From Tubiluchus corallicola (lineage: Eukaryota > Animalia > Priapulida), in NCBI GenBank assembly GCA_030141605.1, contig JAQGDQ010000470.1, forward strand, positions 1 to 64,000: 64,000 nt of DNA. Direction: 5' to 3'. Each line of letters begins with the position of its first letter. Position 1 is the stretch's first letter. A program made the translations under genes and the position numbers. Positions 11,959 through 25,200 of the stretch are shown here, one piece after another. Below the pieces are notes generated by a model. That model did no database searches and was not told the DNA's origin. It saw only the letters and a program-made list of their open reading frames with translations.

Positions 11959-14900
11959 ATGAGACGACAAATTTTGCTTCTAGTCTTGGTATGTACGCTA
12001 TTTTTGTTTCTTTCCTGTAAAAGTTATTGTTACATAATCATAAGCTACATGGTATACTCAACCCGTCACCGGAAATGCTAGAGCAAAACTGATATTTGGT
12101 CTTTCAATACCTGAGAATGTCTGGATTTTTAAGATTGACTTCCTAGCTACTGCATTTGTACCAGCAGGAATTACTGCTGTCGTAATTAAGTTAACGTTGT
12201 TGCTGATTTTTCATGCTCTTGCTTACATATTAACCCTTTCATACCCGTTCTATACCGTGGGATACGAGAATATTTTCTGCCTTTAAAATTAATAAAATTT
12301 TAACCCTGACAGTTATTTGATCTGTTAATAGTTATTTTGATTTAAGCCAATGACAATGGACTAAAAATGGTGATAAAATGGCAAACTAGAAAATCTACAT
12401 AGCATAAAAAACTGTGCAAGGTACAGTACTTTAGAGATGACTTTGTACAGATCAGCATAGCATGCTTACTAAATATCTTAAATACTTAAAAAAATATATC
12501 AGCAGTTGCAAAATGAAGCACATTTTATGCTTCCATTGAATCCCAATGTATCCCGTGGGATACAGGCTATATTTAGCACGCGGGCACAGGTAGAAAAAAA
12601 TAATTATTATGTGTAAACAAGATGGACATACTGAACAAAAGTACCGGGCCAAAAAAATTTTTCTTTTTAAAAAATAATTTGGGACTGAGAGGGTTAACGC
12701 ATTTTAATGAAACACGCTAAAAAGGAATAATTAGAGTCTGAGTTTCGATTTATTAAAAAAATTCTTGCAGTTTGTTATAATTGTTGTGATGCGACCATTA
12801 TAATTCCATTGGATAATCGCAAATGCCTTGTGTAAATCATGACATTCAGTAAAGACCCTATACATTAAGCATTAACATTTCAAGCATTCATGACAAGTTA
12901 CTGATAAACACAATTAATTATATAATTAATTAATAGGTGATATTAGTGCAGGTAGCTTTTGCTACGGAAACAGCGGAAAGTGGCGATGACACAAAGACGA
13001 ATTCTAACAAACAAAACGCGGCGCCACCTGTCAATGAAGCCTTGCATCTACCACCAGGCTACGGTTTTGACAGATATGCCATCAAACCTCTTGACGATTC
13101 TGAAGCATATAATCCAGGTGGAGGGCAAAATCCTCCGTATGTAGTAGGGGTGCCTCCTTTTCCGGAAAATCAGTACAGAGGCGGCAACAATGGCAGATTT
13201 GATCCAGAGCAGCAGAGTTCGTACTTCTCTGCTGAGGAGCCTATTCAACCACCCATTGTTCCACCCACGTTGGAACAGTTATCAAAACCCAGTGCTGAGG
13301 GTCATGATTTGCCAGAATACACGGGAATGAGTGAACTAGCAGAGTCACTGTTTAAGCCATACATGTTGAACGAACAGCAGCCCACTGGAGCACCGTATGC
13401 TTATGGACGAACAGGAGTTCTACCACAACCAGAAACAGGAGGACCACCTAGAAGAGGAGAGGAGAGAAGAGGAGAGGACTTTCAGCTTCCGCCAAACTTC
13501 CAACCATCACCAAACCAAATGCAAGCTGACCAAGGCTTCCTGCCAGCGGCAGGCAGGGGCTTCTTCTCAGAACTATCACCAGATGGCAGGAGACAAGACT
13601 TCGAGTTGGAGCAGCAAGTTGGGACCGGAATTTCGCAATTCACGCCGGATCAATCTTCTGACATCCTTACACCTAATTTCATTCCACAACAGTCACTAGA
13701 CAATCCGAGACAAGGCCAGCGATCCGCAAACGTTTTTATAAACAACGAAGCGTACACACCTGTACAAACTTACACAACCGACCAACCTGCTGGAGGTAAT
13801 TACCTCGATCCTTGGAAAGACGTGGAAAGTCGAGTGATTGATAAAGATGCCGTGAAGCAAGACAGTTCGCAAGGTTACTTCAGCCCGGGTGTGGCGTATG
13901 AAAATAGTCGGTACCCTGAACCAGATTACCGTGCTGACAATTATGGATACAATAATCCACCAGAGGAAGAGTATTATAACCCGTTTACACGTGAACCAAG
14001 CTACCCTTCGCAGCGGGCCACTCCAAAGCTGTATAATCCGTTTACAAATGCGCCAACGAATCCCTACAGTTACATCAGCACAGATGAGGAAAGAGGGACG
14101 GGCTTTTACCCGGACCCTGGCGCAGGATCGTACTCCAGCTATAACGAGGTTGGTGGACTTGCAGCAACCGACACAGCAATCTCTGGTTAGTAAACATTCA
14201 CTTGTGAAGCGAACAGATATACACTTTTTGCAACTTTCGTATGCTCCACGTATAGTAATTTTATGTCTCATGCAAGCGCTTTAGCCAAAAACTTGTAATT
14301 TTACTACTGAAAGTGTAAAGGGGAATTTTTAAGTACATCCCAAAAACTTTTTCATACGAAGTTATATTACTTAAATTTGCATTACCTGCTTGAAAGACTT
14401 ATGTAAGTGGAAAACAAATTTCTTAATTTAAAATGGTCGCTACATCTGATAAAAGGGCATCGCCATCACAGTGTGTACCTCTGATTTACCAGAAAGCGTA
14501 TTATTAATCTTGTTGACAAAACAAAGTAATTTAAACCTTTGCTTGGTCAGTGAAGTGGGTGCTACCGCGCTTAACGGTCATCGCAGGAGTTAATTTGCAA
14601 GTTTTATACAGGTTACTGTTAACGCAAGCCCTGTATGCAATAAGAATGCAAGTGATACAAAATTTCAAGACGAATTTTTAAGCCCTATTTGTGAAGAGTG
14701 CTTTGTTGTACTTTAAGAATCAGAAGTGAACAACAACGAATCTTTCCAATTCGTTTTTAACCATTGCTTTTTTTCAGACATAAGAGTGGAATGTCCACCA
14801 GGAGCAAACAGAATGGTGGTTTCGTTTAAATTCAAGATTAATTTTGTGGGCAGGATCTACCCTAAAGGATATTACGACGTAGATGGTTGCATGACGCGTG

Positions 14901-16421
14901 GTAATGGACACTATGACGCAGCCATTTCTCTAAATCTGGACAGCTGTGGTTTTAAACAAACATCGGTGAGTCTGTTTAGTGTTTAAGCCTCAATCACTCG
15001 ACGTCTCAGAAGTAATTCTCATAAAAAGGCCTTTCAAAAACAAAAATCGAAAGTTCAAATAAACAGATTAAAATTGAATGCTGAACGGCTCGCGAGAATT
15101 CTCTCAAGAAACATTGTTTATGTTAAGAATGTATTGTTTTCTCTAACAGTTCCAATGGTATGTAAAGTTTGCAGAATATTAATGAACCTATAACGTTGTC
15201 ATTTCAACTTAAGAGCAATTATTAAATTGAAATTAAAGAAGATTAAATTTAACATTCTTAAACTTTACCACTTATCCACGTTTGAGATACCAATGTCACA
15301 TTTGACTTACCAAAAACGCTTAAGATTTCTTGAAAACCATTGTTAACACATTTGAACTACCTAAGTCTACATTTGAGTTACCAAGACACAGTTGAATTAC
15401 CTAAATCTACATTTCTGTTAACGCAGGTCTACATTTGACATGTAAAACCTATAGTTCACTGTAGTACATGATACTCTTCAGAAAACACAAAAGCAAATAA
15501 TAATAATAATAATAGCAATGTGAAAGTCATTTTCGAAGTTGTTGTTCAGTCACTCTGTTATGATTAAGTTTAGACATAGAGAAGTATGGATAGGAACCAA
15601 AAATCTATAATAAATATTTGCATTTCACACAACAGAAAAGTGTTTATTGAACTACAGAAAACGCGAGTAGCAAAATTGCTGCACTGAACATTGAGCAAAA
15701 ACTAGAAAAGCAAAAACAGTCAGTAAAACCTGTTTCACAGTCAGTATACAGGTATAAAACTTGGCCTATGCAGAGTTGCACAGGCTTCACAATAACCATT
15801 AATTTTAGATAGGACCAGTGTGTATGTAATCACTAGACCATACAATTATACTGAAGGTAAGTCAGCTGGTAGAATGTAACAAGATCAGCACATAGATGGC
15901 AGCACCTAACTACAATATACAAGTTCAACTTCCACAAATAATAATAATAATAATTTCGTTTATGACATAGACTATGTCCTAAACGAAATTATTATTATTA
16001 TTATTATTTGTCACATAGTCCAAAGATAACACCTTAAGTAACTCATTACTTATTTCCAAGATGATCCCGATTATTATTACCCACACGTTACTCTGATAAA
16101 CCGGCGTGTTTGGTGTCGAAGAACCAGCGGTCCATTTTTCAAGTCTTTGGTATGACTCGGTCAAGAGTTGAACCCACGACCTTCCGGGTTGTAAGCAAGC
16201 ACGCTACCATTGAGCTACGCCACCCGGTTTTAAACTTACTTAAAAAGTGCTGATAAAGTCCGATACTCCAACACCGCCAACTATTAGCTCATACTACTGT
16301 GACAAGTTTAGCCAAGCTGCGAGTCAATTTATAACAACATAATGTAGCATTCATGAGTAGAGAACATCCTACCCTTTTTACTTTAGCAGATGAGAAGATC
16401 GTCTGGGCAGTAAAAACAACA

Positions 16422-16494
<73 letters not shown>

Positions 16495-18931
16495 GCAACA
16501 ATGATGATAATCATCATCATCATGACTGCTTTCTTCTTCTTTCTCATTATTTTCATGTTCAGCGTGATTATTGTTCAACAATCAACAGCATTCAGGCAAA
16601 AAATCACCGCAATAATAATAGTAGCTGCAATGATGGTGGCGATAACCAAAAGTGAAGATGACATAATTGTTATTAACACAATAGCAGCCATGACGTTATC
16701 AATCATAAGCATCATCACAACATTATTATCACAATCATCACTAGTAAGAACAACCGAAGAACAACAACAACAGCAACATCGATCATAATCACCTCCATCA
16801 TCATAATCATCATAATCATCACATCATCATTATCATCATCACCACCATCATCACCGTCAACATCGAGGTCGTCGTCGACATCATCAACGTCATCATCATT
16901 ATCACATCGTCGCTATTATTACCATCATGTCACCATCATCGTCATTGTCGACATCATCACCCCCATCATCACCACCATCATCATCACCCCATCATCACCA
17001 CCATCATCATCATCACCACCATCATCATCATCACATCATCATCACCACCATCATCACCGTCATCATCGTGGGCGTCATCGACATCATCACTATCATCACC
17101 TCATGTCACCGTCATCATCATGGTCGTCGTCGACATCATTACCCCCATCATCACCACCATCATCATCACCCCCATCATCAAAACCATCATCATCACCCCC
17201 ATCATCGTCATCATCACATCATCATTATCATCATCACCATCATCATCACCGTCATTATCACCCCCATCATCATCATCATCACCATCATCATGATCGTCGT
17301 CGTCATCGTCATCATCACATCATCATTATCATCATCACCATCATCACCGTGGTGGTCGTCGACATCATCATCATCATCACATCATCACTATCATCACCAT
17401 CATGTCACCGTCATCGTCATTATCGTCGTCGACAACACCATCATCGTCACACTTAAGTGGTATTTTGCTATGCAAATACTTGGTTATTTCAGGATGATTA
17501 TAGCAAACAAGATGGGAAGGTGCGCTACGACAATGTGCTGGTAGTGATGACGGAGGGCGAGTGGGAGGTACTCGAGGAATGGGATAGGGCGTTCGCTGTT
17601 CGCTGTCAGTTTGAGGGTTTCGGTCAGCAAAGTTTACGCACAGCTGTCACAGTACCGTGAGTTATGAACTAGGGGGGTTTATCCATATTCACATTTTCAA
17701 CTGTAGCTTTACGGAATTGTCAATTTAACGCTTTTGATTACTCCACAGCAGTGATGCTTTTAATTACGTCATACTTCAATAGTATTGTGGCGTCATCATG
17801 GCGTCATAGATGAAAAACGACAACATTTTTGGAATCTTCTGGTGCACAATTCTAGCAGTCAATAATACATATTTTAAATCTTAAATTAAATCAAAATATC
17901 AAAAATACCAATTCAATTTTTTCCGATTTTTTTTGTTGAGGGTACTTGAGACCACATTCTAACGTGAATCTGAAGGCAAAATCCTTACCCCCTATTGCAG
18001 TTTGTTTTAGGTACTCCCTTCCTAGGAGTTATCTTCACCCAATGACTTTCTAAAATACTTGTAAATCTACTTCCAATTTTTTCTAAAACAATAATAATTA
18101 ATGACATAATTCGTCACATGGTGTCCCGATCTGTTATTCGGTTAATAGGGGTTCGCGACATGAATGCGAAAACAGTCCCTGTGTAATATGTAATAGCCTG
18201 TAAACTTGTTGCCCTTTTATCGTACCCCTTTTTAAAGTAAAATGTAAAATCGTAAGTTTCAATGAAATGATTAGTATCACTGCGACAGCGCATTTCTTTT
18301 ACATTGGATAAGTTGTAGCAATAAGTAAATTTGCTAAGGGTATCTTCTCCATTTTCAGAATGTTAGGCGTCACGACGGTACCTCCTAGTAGAATCGGTAT
18401 TCCAAAAGTTCTCTTCCACATCTTCCAGGACAGGGCATTTGACCAAGGTCCTGCCAGGGAACTTTACGTCGGACAACCAGCAACGCTAGCTATTATATTG
18501 ACTGATAACTGTATGTGGAAATTCTTCATTTTGATAGAAATGAGATACAAGTTATTTTTGACTGTCTAAGAATTATGCTTGTGTTATAACGTATATTTCA
18601 GTTGCCACTGTTCTTATGTTTCCGTTGTCAGATTTTTATTTTCAGTTCTTGTTTGATTTTTTTATTATGCACTTATTGTTACTGTGTATGAATTGTATTA
18701 ACACGTTATAAGCATATCAATTTAATGTCATTTATAACAATTAAATTTTTATTATAAGCAGTACTAACACTAATACACTGTAGCATAGCGCTTAGAAAAA
18801 TGTTCATGAATCATGAGTAACCAAAGGGCAGCTGACTAGATGACCAATTGGTCTTTCGCTGTCCTTTCTTCACATTTTTGTTTTCAAATTAATTGTATTA
18901 TAATTGTGCGTGTTGCGAGATAAATAAAAAG

Positions 18932-19014
<83 letters not shown>

Positions 19015-19125
19015 ATTACTATTACTATATTACTATTACTATTACTATTACTATTACTATTACTATTACTATTACTATTACTATTACTATTACTATTACT
19101 ATTACTATTACTATTACTATTGTTA

Positions 19126-19158
<33 letters not shown>

Positions 19159-19161
19159 CTA

Positions 19162-19258
<97 letters not shown>

Positions 19259-22200
19259 GCAGTGGTGCCATCTACTGAATAATTAGGTAATCAGTCTGAA
19301 AGTTGGTGTGGCCACCTGGTGCCTCGGTTCAGTTCTGTACAATGTAATAAAAAACACACGATTTCTAAAGGGAAGACATAATGACGTTTTCAACATTTAA
19401 ATTGACTGTTGTATTTGTTTTTAAAATAAATTTTAGCAAGAATAACTTTACGGTGGCTTATGCAGCAACTAGTAAGTCAATTTTTGAGAGGATTTTGCAG
19501 CGTTAAAATTTCTAAACAAACGTATAATCAATTTCAGCTGATTTTGACATCGCGGTGACCAACTGCAACGCCCATGATGGAACCGGAAAAAGATATATTC
19601 CGTTAATTGATGATGACGGGTAAGTTAAGTTCAATCAGACAGAACTTGACGATACAACTGTCGTGGAGATCTGGAATATTCTATAGTATAGTAGAATAAT
19701 CTTCTTACCTTGTAGAAGTTTCTTGTAGAAGCTTCTAGAAGTTTCTATTTCTAGATTTTTCCCTGGCACTGATATATAAGGCGGATCTGGCCGCTAAAGT
19801 TTATTCTATCACATTCTCTCGTATCCTCATATTCTCAGATACGCTTTCTCGCTTTCACGTTTCCAGATTATCACATTTACTGTATATATTTCGCGTTCCT
19901 TCATACCTTTGTGTTGTAGAATTCTCGCATAATAAACTAGTTTAATTTGACGACGTGTTTTCTGGTTTTCTCTACGAGCCTTCCGAGAGAAACAACACAC
20001 AACAGTTACAAACAGTTACAATGTGGTGTTGTAGTTGATAAAAAATGCTAGATGCGTAAATACGTTATTCATAACTAGCACGTGCAGCATAACGCAGCGG
20101 CTTTGTTAAGACACACCACCACAAAACCGTTTAAAGCTAATTTTGTTTAGCGATGCAAAGTGCTTATCATGTCGTGGGTTATGATGATCGTGGGTTCGTT
20201 ACCACAACTGAATGTTCAATGCTTCGATTAACCCTTTCATACCCGTTGTATCCCGTGGGATACGGGAATATTTTCTGCCTTTAAAATTAATAAAATTTTA
20301 AAACTGACAATTATTTGATCTGTTAATAGTTATTTTGATTTAAGCCAATAACAATAGACTAAAATGGTGATAAAATGGCAAACTAAAAAATTTACATAGC
20401 ACAAAAAGCTGCGCAAGGTACAGTACTTTAGAGACGACTTTGTACAGATTAGCATAGCATGCATACTAAATGTCTTAAATACTTTTAAAAAATTATCAGC
20501 AGTCGCAAAATGAAGCACATTTTTTGCTTTTGTTGTGTTTTTAAAAAAGTCGGACTCTTTGTTGTTTTTGCACATGACAAAGAATGTTGTGTATGTAGGT
20601 AGGTAGAATGAAGGTAGAAAAAAATAATTATTAGGTGTAAACAAGATGGACATACTGCACAAAAGTACCAAGCCAAAAAAAATTTCCTTATTAAAAAAGT
20701 AATTTGGGACTGAAAGGGTTAAACATTTGTAGACATTTGAATTTAACTTTTAAGAGAAGTAAACAATGTGACGACACAAACGTAAAGTGTATAGTACAAT
20801 GTAACCAAAAAGTACTTTACGTTTAGGCCACTAATATTAAACTTATTTTACTTAATTTCTCCACCGTTGCATTCTAATGGGTACTTTGAAAACTAAGTGC
20901 AATTTTGCGTTACTTATGCACACCTAGAAAGTGAAATTATGAAAACATATTCGAAAAACAAAATTATTATAGTAACTAATATTGCTAGTGCCAATGAGGT
21001 ATTCGTTGATTTTCGTTTTTGGAGCAAACAAACGTCTTGCAGGAAGTTTAAAGCACCAGAAAACCCTCCACTTACATAAAGGTTAAAAAATTCGTCTCGA
21101 AATTTTCTACCACTTACGTACTGCCTTCTTGTAAGCATGACTTGCATCGACCGTAACGCTGTATAAAACGTGTAAATTTAAACTCCCGCGATGACCGTTA
21201 GGCGCAGCCATTTTGATGGTAGGTCGTTTGAAACAAGTTTTGATAACATTAAGTAAAGTTTGAAAAAATAATCAGAGCATTCGTAGCATACATGTTGCTA
21301 ATTAAGTAAAATTTTAAATTACTGTATCTTGTCAATAAGATTAAAAATACGTTTTTGGCTAGTGAGTGGCGCACCCTGGAGGGTGAGTCAGCGACATTTT
21401 ACCAATTGGAACAAACATTTTAAATTATTATTTCTAGTTACATAAGTCTTTCCAGCAGGTAAGTGAAATGCTAAGTAATATAGATTTGCACGGAAAGTTT
21501 TTTGGGACATAATTTAACATTTCCTTTTCTTCCCCTGATTTACGTGGCGTAGTGCGTCATGCAATGGCGCCGTCGGAACAGTATTGCGGGAGATTTAAAA
21601 TGAAAACAAACAAAAATTCCTTCCAACACGAATACGATATACGCATAAAATTGCTGTAAACTAGTATAAATGTTTTCTGAAACCTACTTCAGGTACCCCT
21701 TTTCTTGTCCTTTAACACAGACACACATTCTTGGTGAAAAGTCCAAAAGCAAAAGCTCGAAGGAAAACTGAATCTATAAGCATTTGCCCTACATCCTGAA
21801 ACATCCAGATGTGTGATAATCCAGAAATAAAAATATATGAGATTCAGCGACAAGGTGAATATGTAGCAAGTCCTCGCTTAACATCTCCCCGGTTTAACAA
21901 CGTTTCGCTTAACGTCGTGTTTTGCTGGAACGTATTATCGTCGTTAAATAGTTTAATTGATAAGCTGTCGACGTTTAGAGATCAAGTTAGGAGGATCATC
22001 GTATGGATTGACAAGTTATTTAAAGTGCAAAACGAGTTTTGTTTATTTCTGTATGTCTGTTAGTCACACTTTCGAAGTAATGATGGTTGACCCTAGGTCT
22101 ATCTACATAAGCAAAATGATGCATTTCTCAAAAACAGACTATACAGCTGAAGCTAAACAAAATACAGTTATTGAGCTACTATAAAATAGCAGATAAAACA

Positions 22201-25200
22201 ATGTTCAATTTGAAAGTTAACATTGTATGTATAATAACAAAATATACGCGATGTGCGATATTTTCCACTACTGCACCAGATGTAAATTACTTTTACTAAG
22301 AAACCTACAACGATAGCAAACTATTCGTTAACATTTATTTTCTGACAGATGCGCAGCAGGTAAAAAGATAGTTGGTAACCTCAGACATGAAGTGGATGCG
22401 CCGACTTATGGAGAAACAATCATCTATGCACCCTTCAAAGCTTTCAAGTTTCCTGACAGACAAGACGTGTATTTTGAGTGTCACGTACACGTCTGCTTTC
22501 GTCACTGCTATCCGGTAAGTTTGATAATTTGCAATGCCACGTCTATGAAGACTGGGTGATTTATTGACTAGTCCGGATTGCGAAGCATAGTGTTACTCGC
22601 TCATTGAGTTTTTCTGCCCAACCGCTTGAATATGTCGTTTAAAATGCCACCTATCGCTGCTGTGGAATCCGTTTTCGGAATGTTCTGGGCAAAAAGTACT
22701 AAGATACTTTCTAAATATAACGACATTAGATATGTGTCTCATGCCACATGAAATAATTCTACTGCAATGTGGAAGCAATTAAAATAAATGTCGCAATATT
22801 ACCTAAAATAGATTGAGTTCCTGTAGTGGTATACCTTTTAAAACATGATTCTACGACGTTCAGTAACTGGTCTCATTATTTTAAATTTTTCCACGAAGGC
22901 AATGAATCATGACAAATATACCTCTAATAGTTACCGTTCAGTGTCATATGTTGCAGTGACACCTTAGCTATGTAAACTAATGCTCTGATCACGCCACATA
23001 TCGAAAAAACTACTACAAAATTTACTTCTGAGGGCAACACACACCACTTACACATCACATATAGCGACACTCAGACTCATCAGAAGAAACACTGTCATTG
23101 ACTAAGCTCGTCTGATGATGTTTGATACCGGGTTCCATGTTCCTGTTCTCCGAAGTATAAAAACACCGTAAATAATTCCAGTTACAGGTTAAAATAAGAT
23201 GGAGGGCTTATAAGCGTCATTACTGCTGGAAACACAACTGACAACTGCCAGAATACTATGTGTAATGTATACGCTCAAACCAAAGTTGCGTTCCCATATC
23301 TATGTTAGTTCATTCGGCAAAAAATACAAATTTTCTGTAGTCTACAATTACTACCTCTACAAAACTACTGAAATACGTGCTAGAAAAACATGCATTGTTG
23401 GTCCAACATTGAGTCGAGAAAAAGCCAGAATGTCCGTAAAAGGTAGCAGTATAATTATAAGTCAAATTTTAAATGTAACAGAGACGTGTGTACATAATGA
23501 GTTCCACCTATACAATGTCAGAGTAGAAAAAGTAGTCTAGCTTGTTGAACTACAGTCTAATATATTGTGGCTTCTAATGCATATACTACCTTGGGAAGGG
23601 GTAATGGACCAAAACATTTGTACCTGCAACACTATGTAACATCAGATAATTAGAGTTGTAAGTAACAATGTATGCTAATAATATTTTCCAGTCTCGCTGT
23701 TATGAAGGCTATGACAACAGCGAACCACCAACGCAGAGGGGCTATTCCAGGAGGAAGAGAAAGATTGAAACCAGTGATAACTCCACGAACGCTGACATGA
23801 AAGATGGTGATATGATAGCCCAGGATCTACCACTGTCAAGCGGTGTTGCCGTATTCATACAAGGAGATCTTGACAAAATCCCATTCAGTCCCGGTAAGTC
23901 ACATTCAAAAGGCTGTAATAGGAGTGCTCATTTATTAATTTGGATCTATGTCTCTACGCCGATTTCTCGTAGACGTCGACATTGCCTTTCTTACATGAAG
24001 GATTTATCAGCAAAGGTCACAAGCAAATCATCAAAGGTCAGCAAAGGTCACAAGCAAATCAAGCAAACATTTGAAAACCAGTTAATTGTTCATAAATTAG
24101 GCCTGTAATTCTAATTTCAAGGTTATCAACAATAACGTAGTGAACAAACTAATGATTTTTTCAAAACCAAGCTTTGATTACAGGAAAAAAATGTGGCAGT
24201 TTTGTGACTGATCGCAACCAAGGAACTTGGTTAAAAATTCAAGGTCAAAATCTTCATATTTTGTTCCTTATCCTAAATTAGCCTGGTTTAAAGGTCTCTG
24301 CATTATTTTACAGTAGAACACGAAATTGTGGAAAAGGAAAAGACAGACGGATCGTGCGTCAGTTGGAACAGCTTCATAGTTACAGTGGGATTGTTTGCAA
24401 CAGGACTAGCCGTTGCCATGACAATCTGCTTCATACTATGCATAAAGATGACGCATTTGCGAAGAAAGGTGAGCAAAACTTACGTAGAGTCTGTCCGAAA
24501 TAAAAAAAGCAAATGCTTTTGGGGGAGAAACGATAAATTTGAAATCTCGAATCCAAAAACGGGTGATCGATTTTGTCTCTTTGTCGTTTTGAGGCTGCAC
24601 ATGGGACATGTTGCGAACGCTTCCGCAATCGTTGTGAACGACAACTAAAAGCAAATTCATCAACAAAATACTTGTAGTGAACAAATTTTAAAAATTCAAA
24701 GCTGAATCCCAAGATATCAAAAAGTGCTTCGAATTGTTAGAAGAATCTTCAAGCTGTTAACTCTTATAGGGTCACCGGGGGTAAAGGATTACCACCAGAC
24801 CGGTTTTTTTGCATTTTACCCTTTTACCATACGCATCCCACTAAACCTTTTCTATGACTTTTCTAAATATGTTTTGTGCACAAAATACTTTCAGTTATTT
24901 ATTTTAGGCGCATTGTCTCACCACGATATAAGCGTGAAAATGCAATATGTCGATTTTTTTAAATTGTGGAAACTTTACTTCGCTTGTCTATACATTATAC
25001 AGGCGATGTATCTGATAAAACAAAATGTCAGTTACTCAAATTACTCCACCTAAAAGAAGAAAGTAGTAGACAATAAATTCAAAATAACAATGATTTTTGC
25101 ACATGCGCTAGCAATGTCGGTTGTCTACAGTTATTCCAGCATAGGTACGGGAACGTAACTAAGTGAATTTAATTTCGTATTACTAGTAAGGCACATGTCT

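Noticed and set aside
13048-14284. Overlapping ORFs including 13696..14271 (-)
   Set aside because: Shadows of ZP exon 2.
16150-16225. Possible tRNA gene on the minus strand
   Set aside because: A and B boxes are present, but the acceptor stem does not close well and the sequence continues into a SINE core and tail shared with a second copy.
16289-17456. His/Ser/Ile-rich ORFs
   Set aside because: Low-complexity tract inside ZP intron 3; flanking exons join in phase without it.
18893-19282. Poly-Tyr/Asn ORFs
   Set aside because: (ATT)/(ATTACT)n retroelement tail.
21077-21716. Possible TTAA-type MITE in ZP intron 6
   Set aside because: TIR match is poor and there is no second copy in the window.
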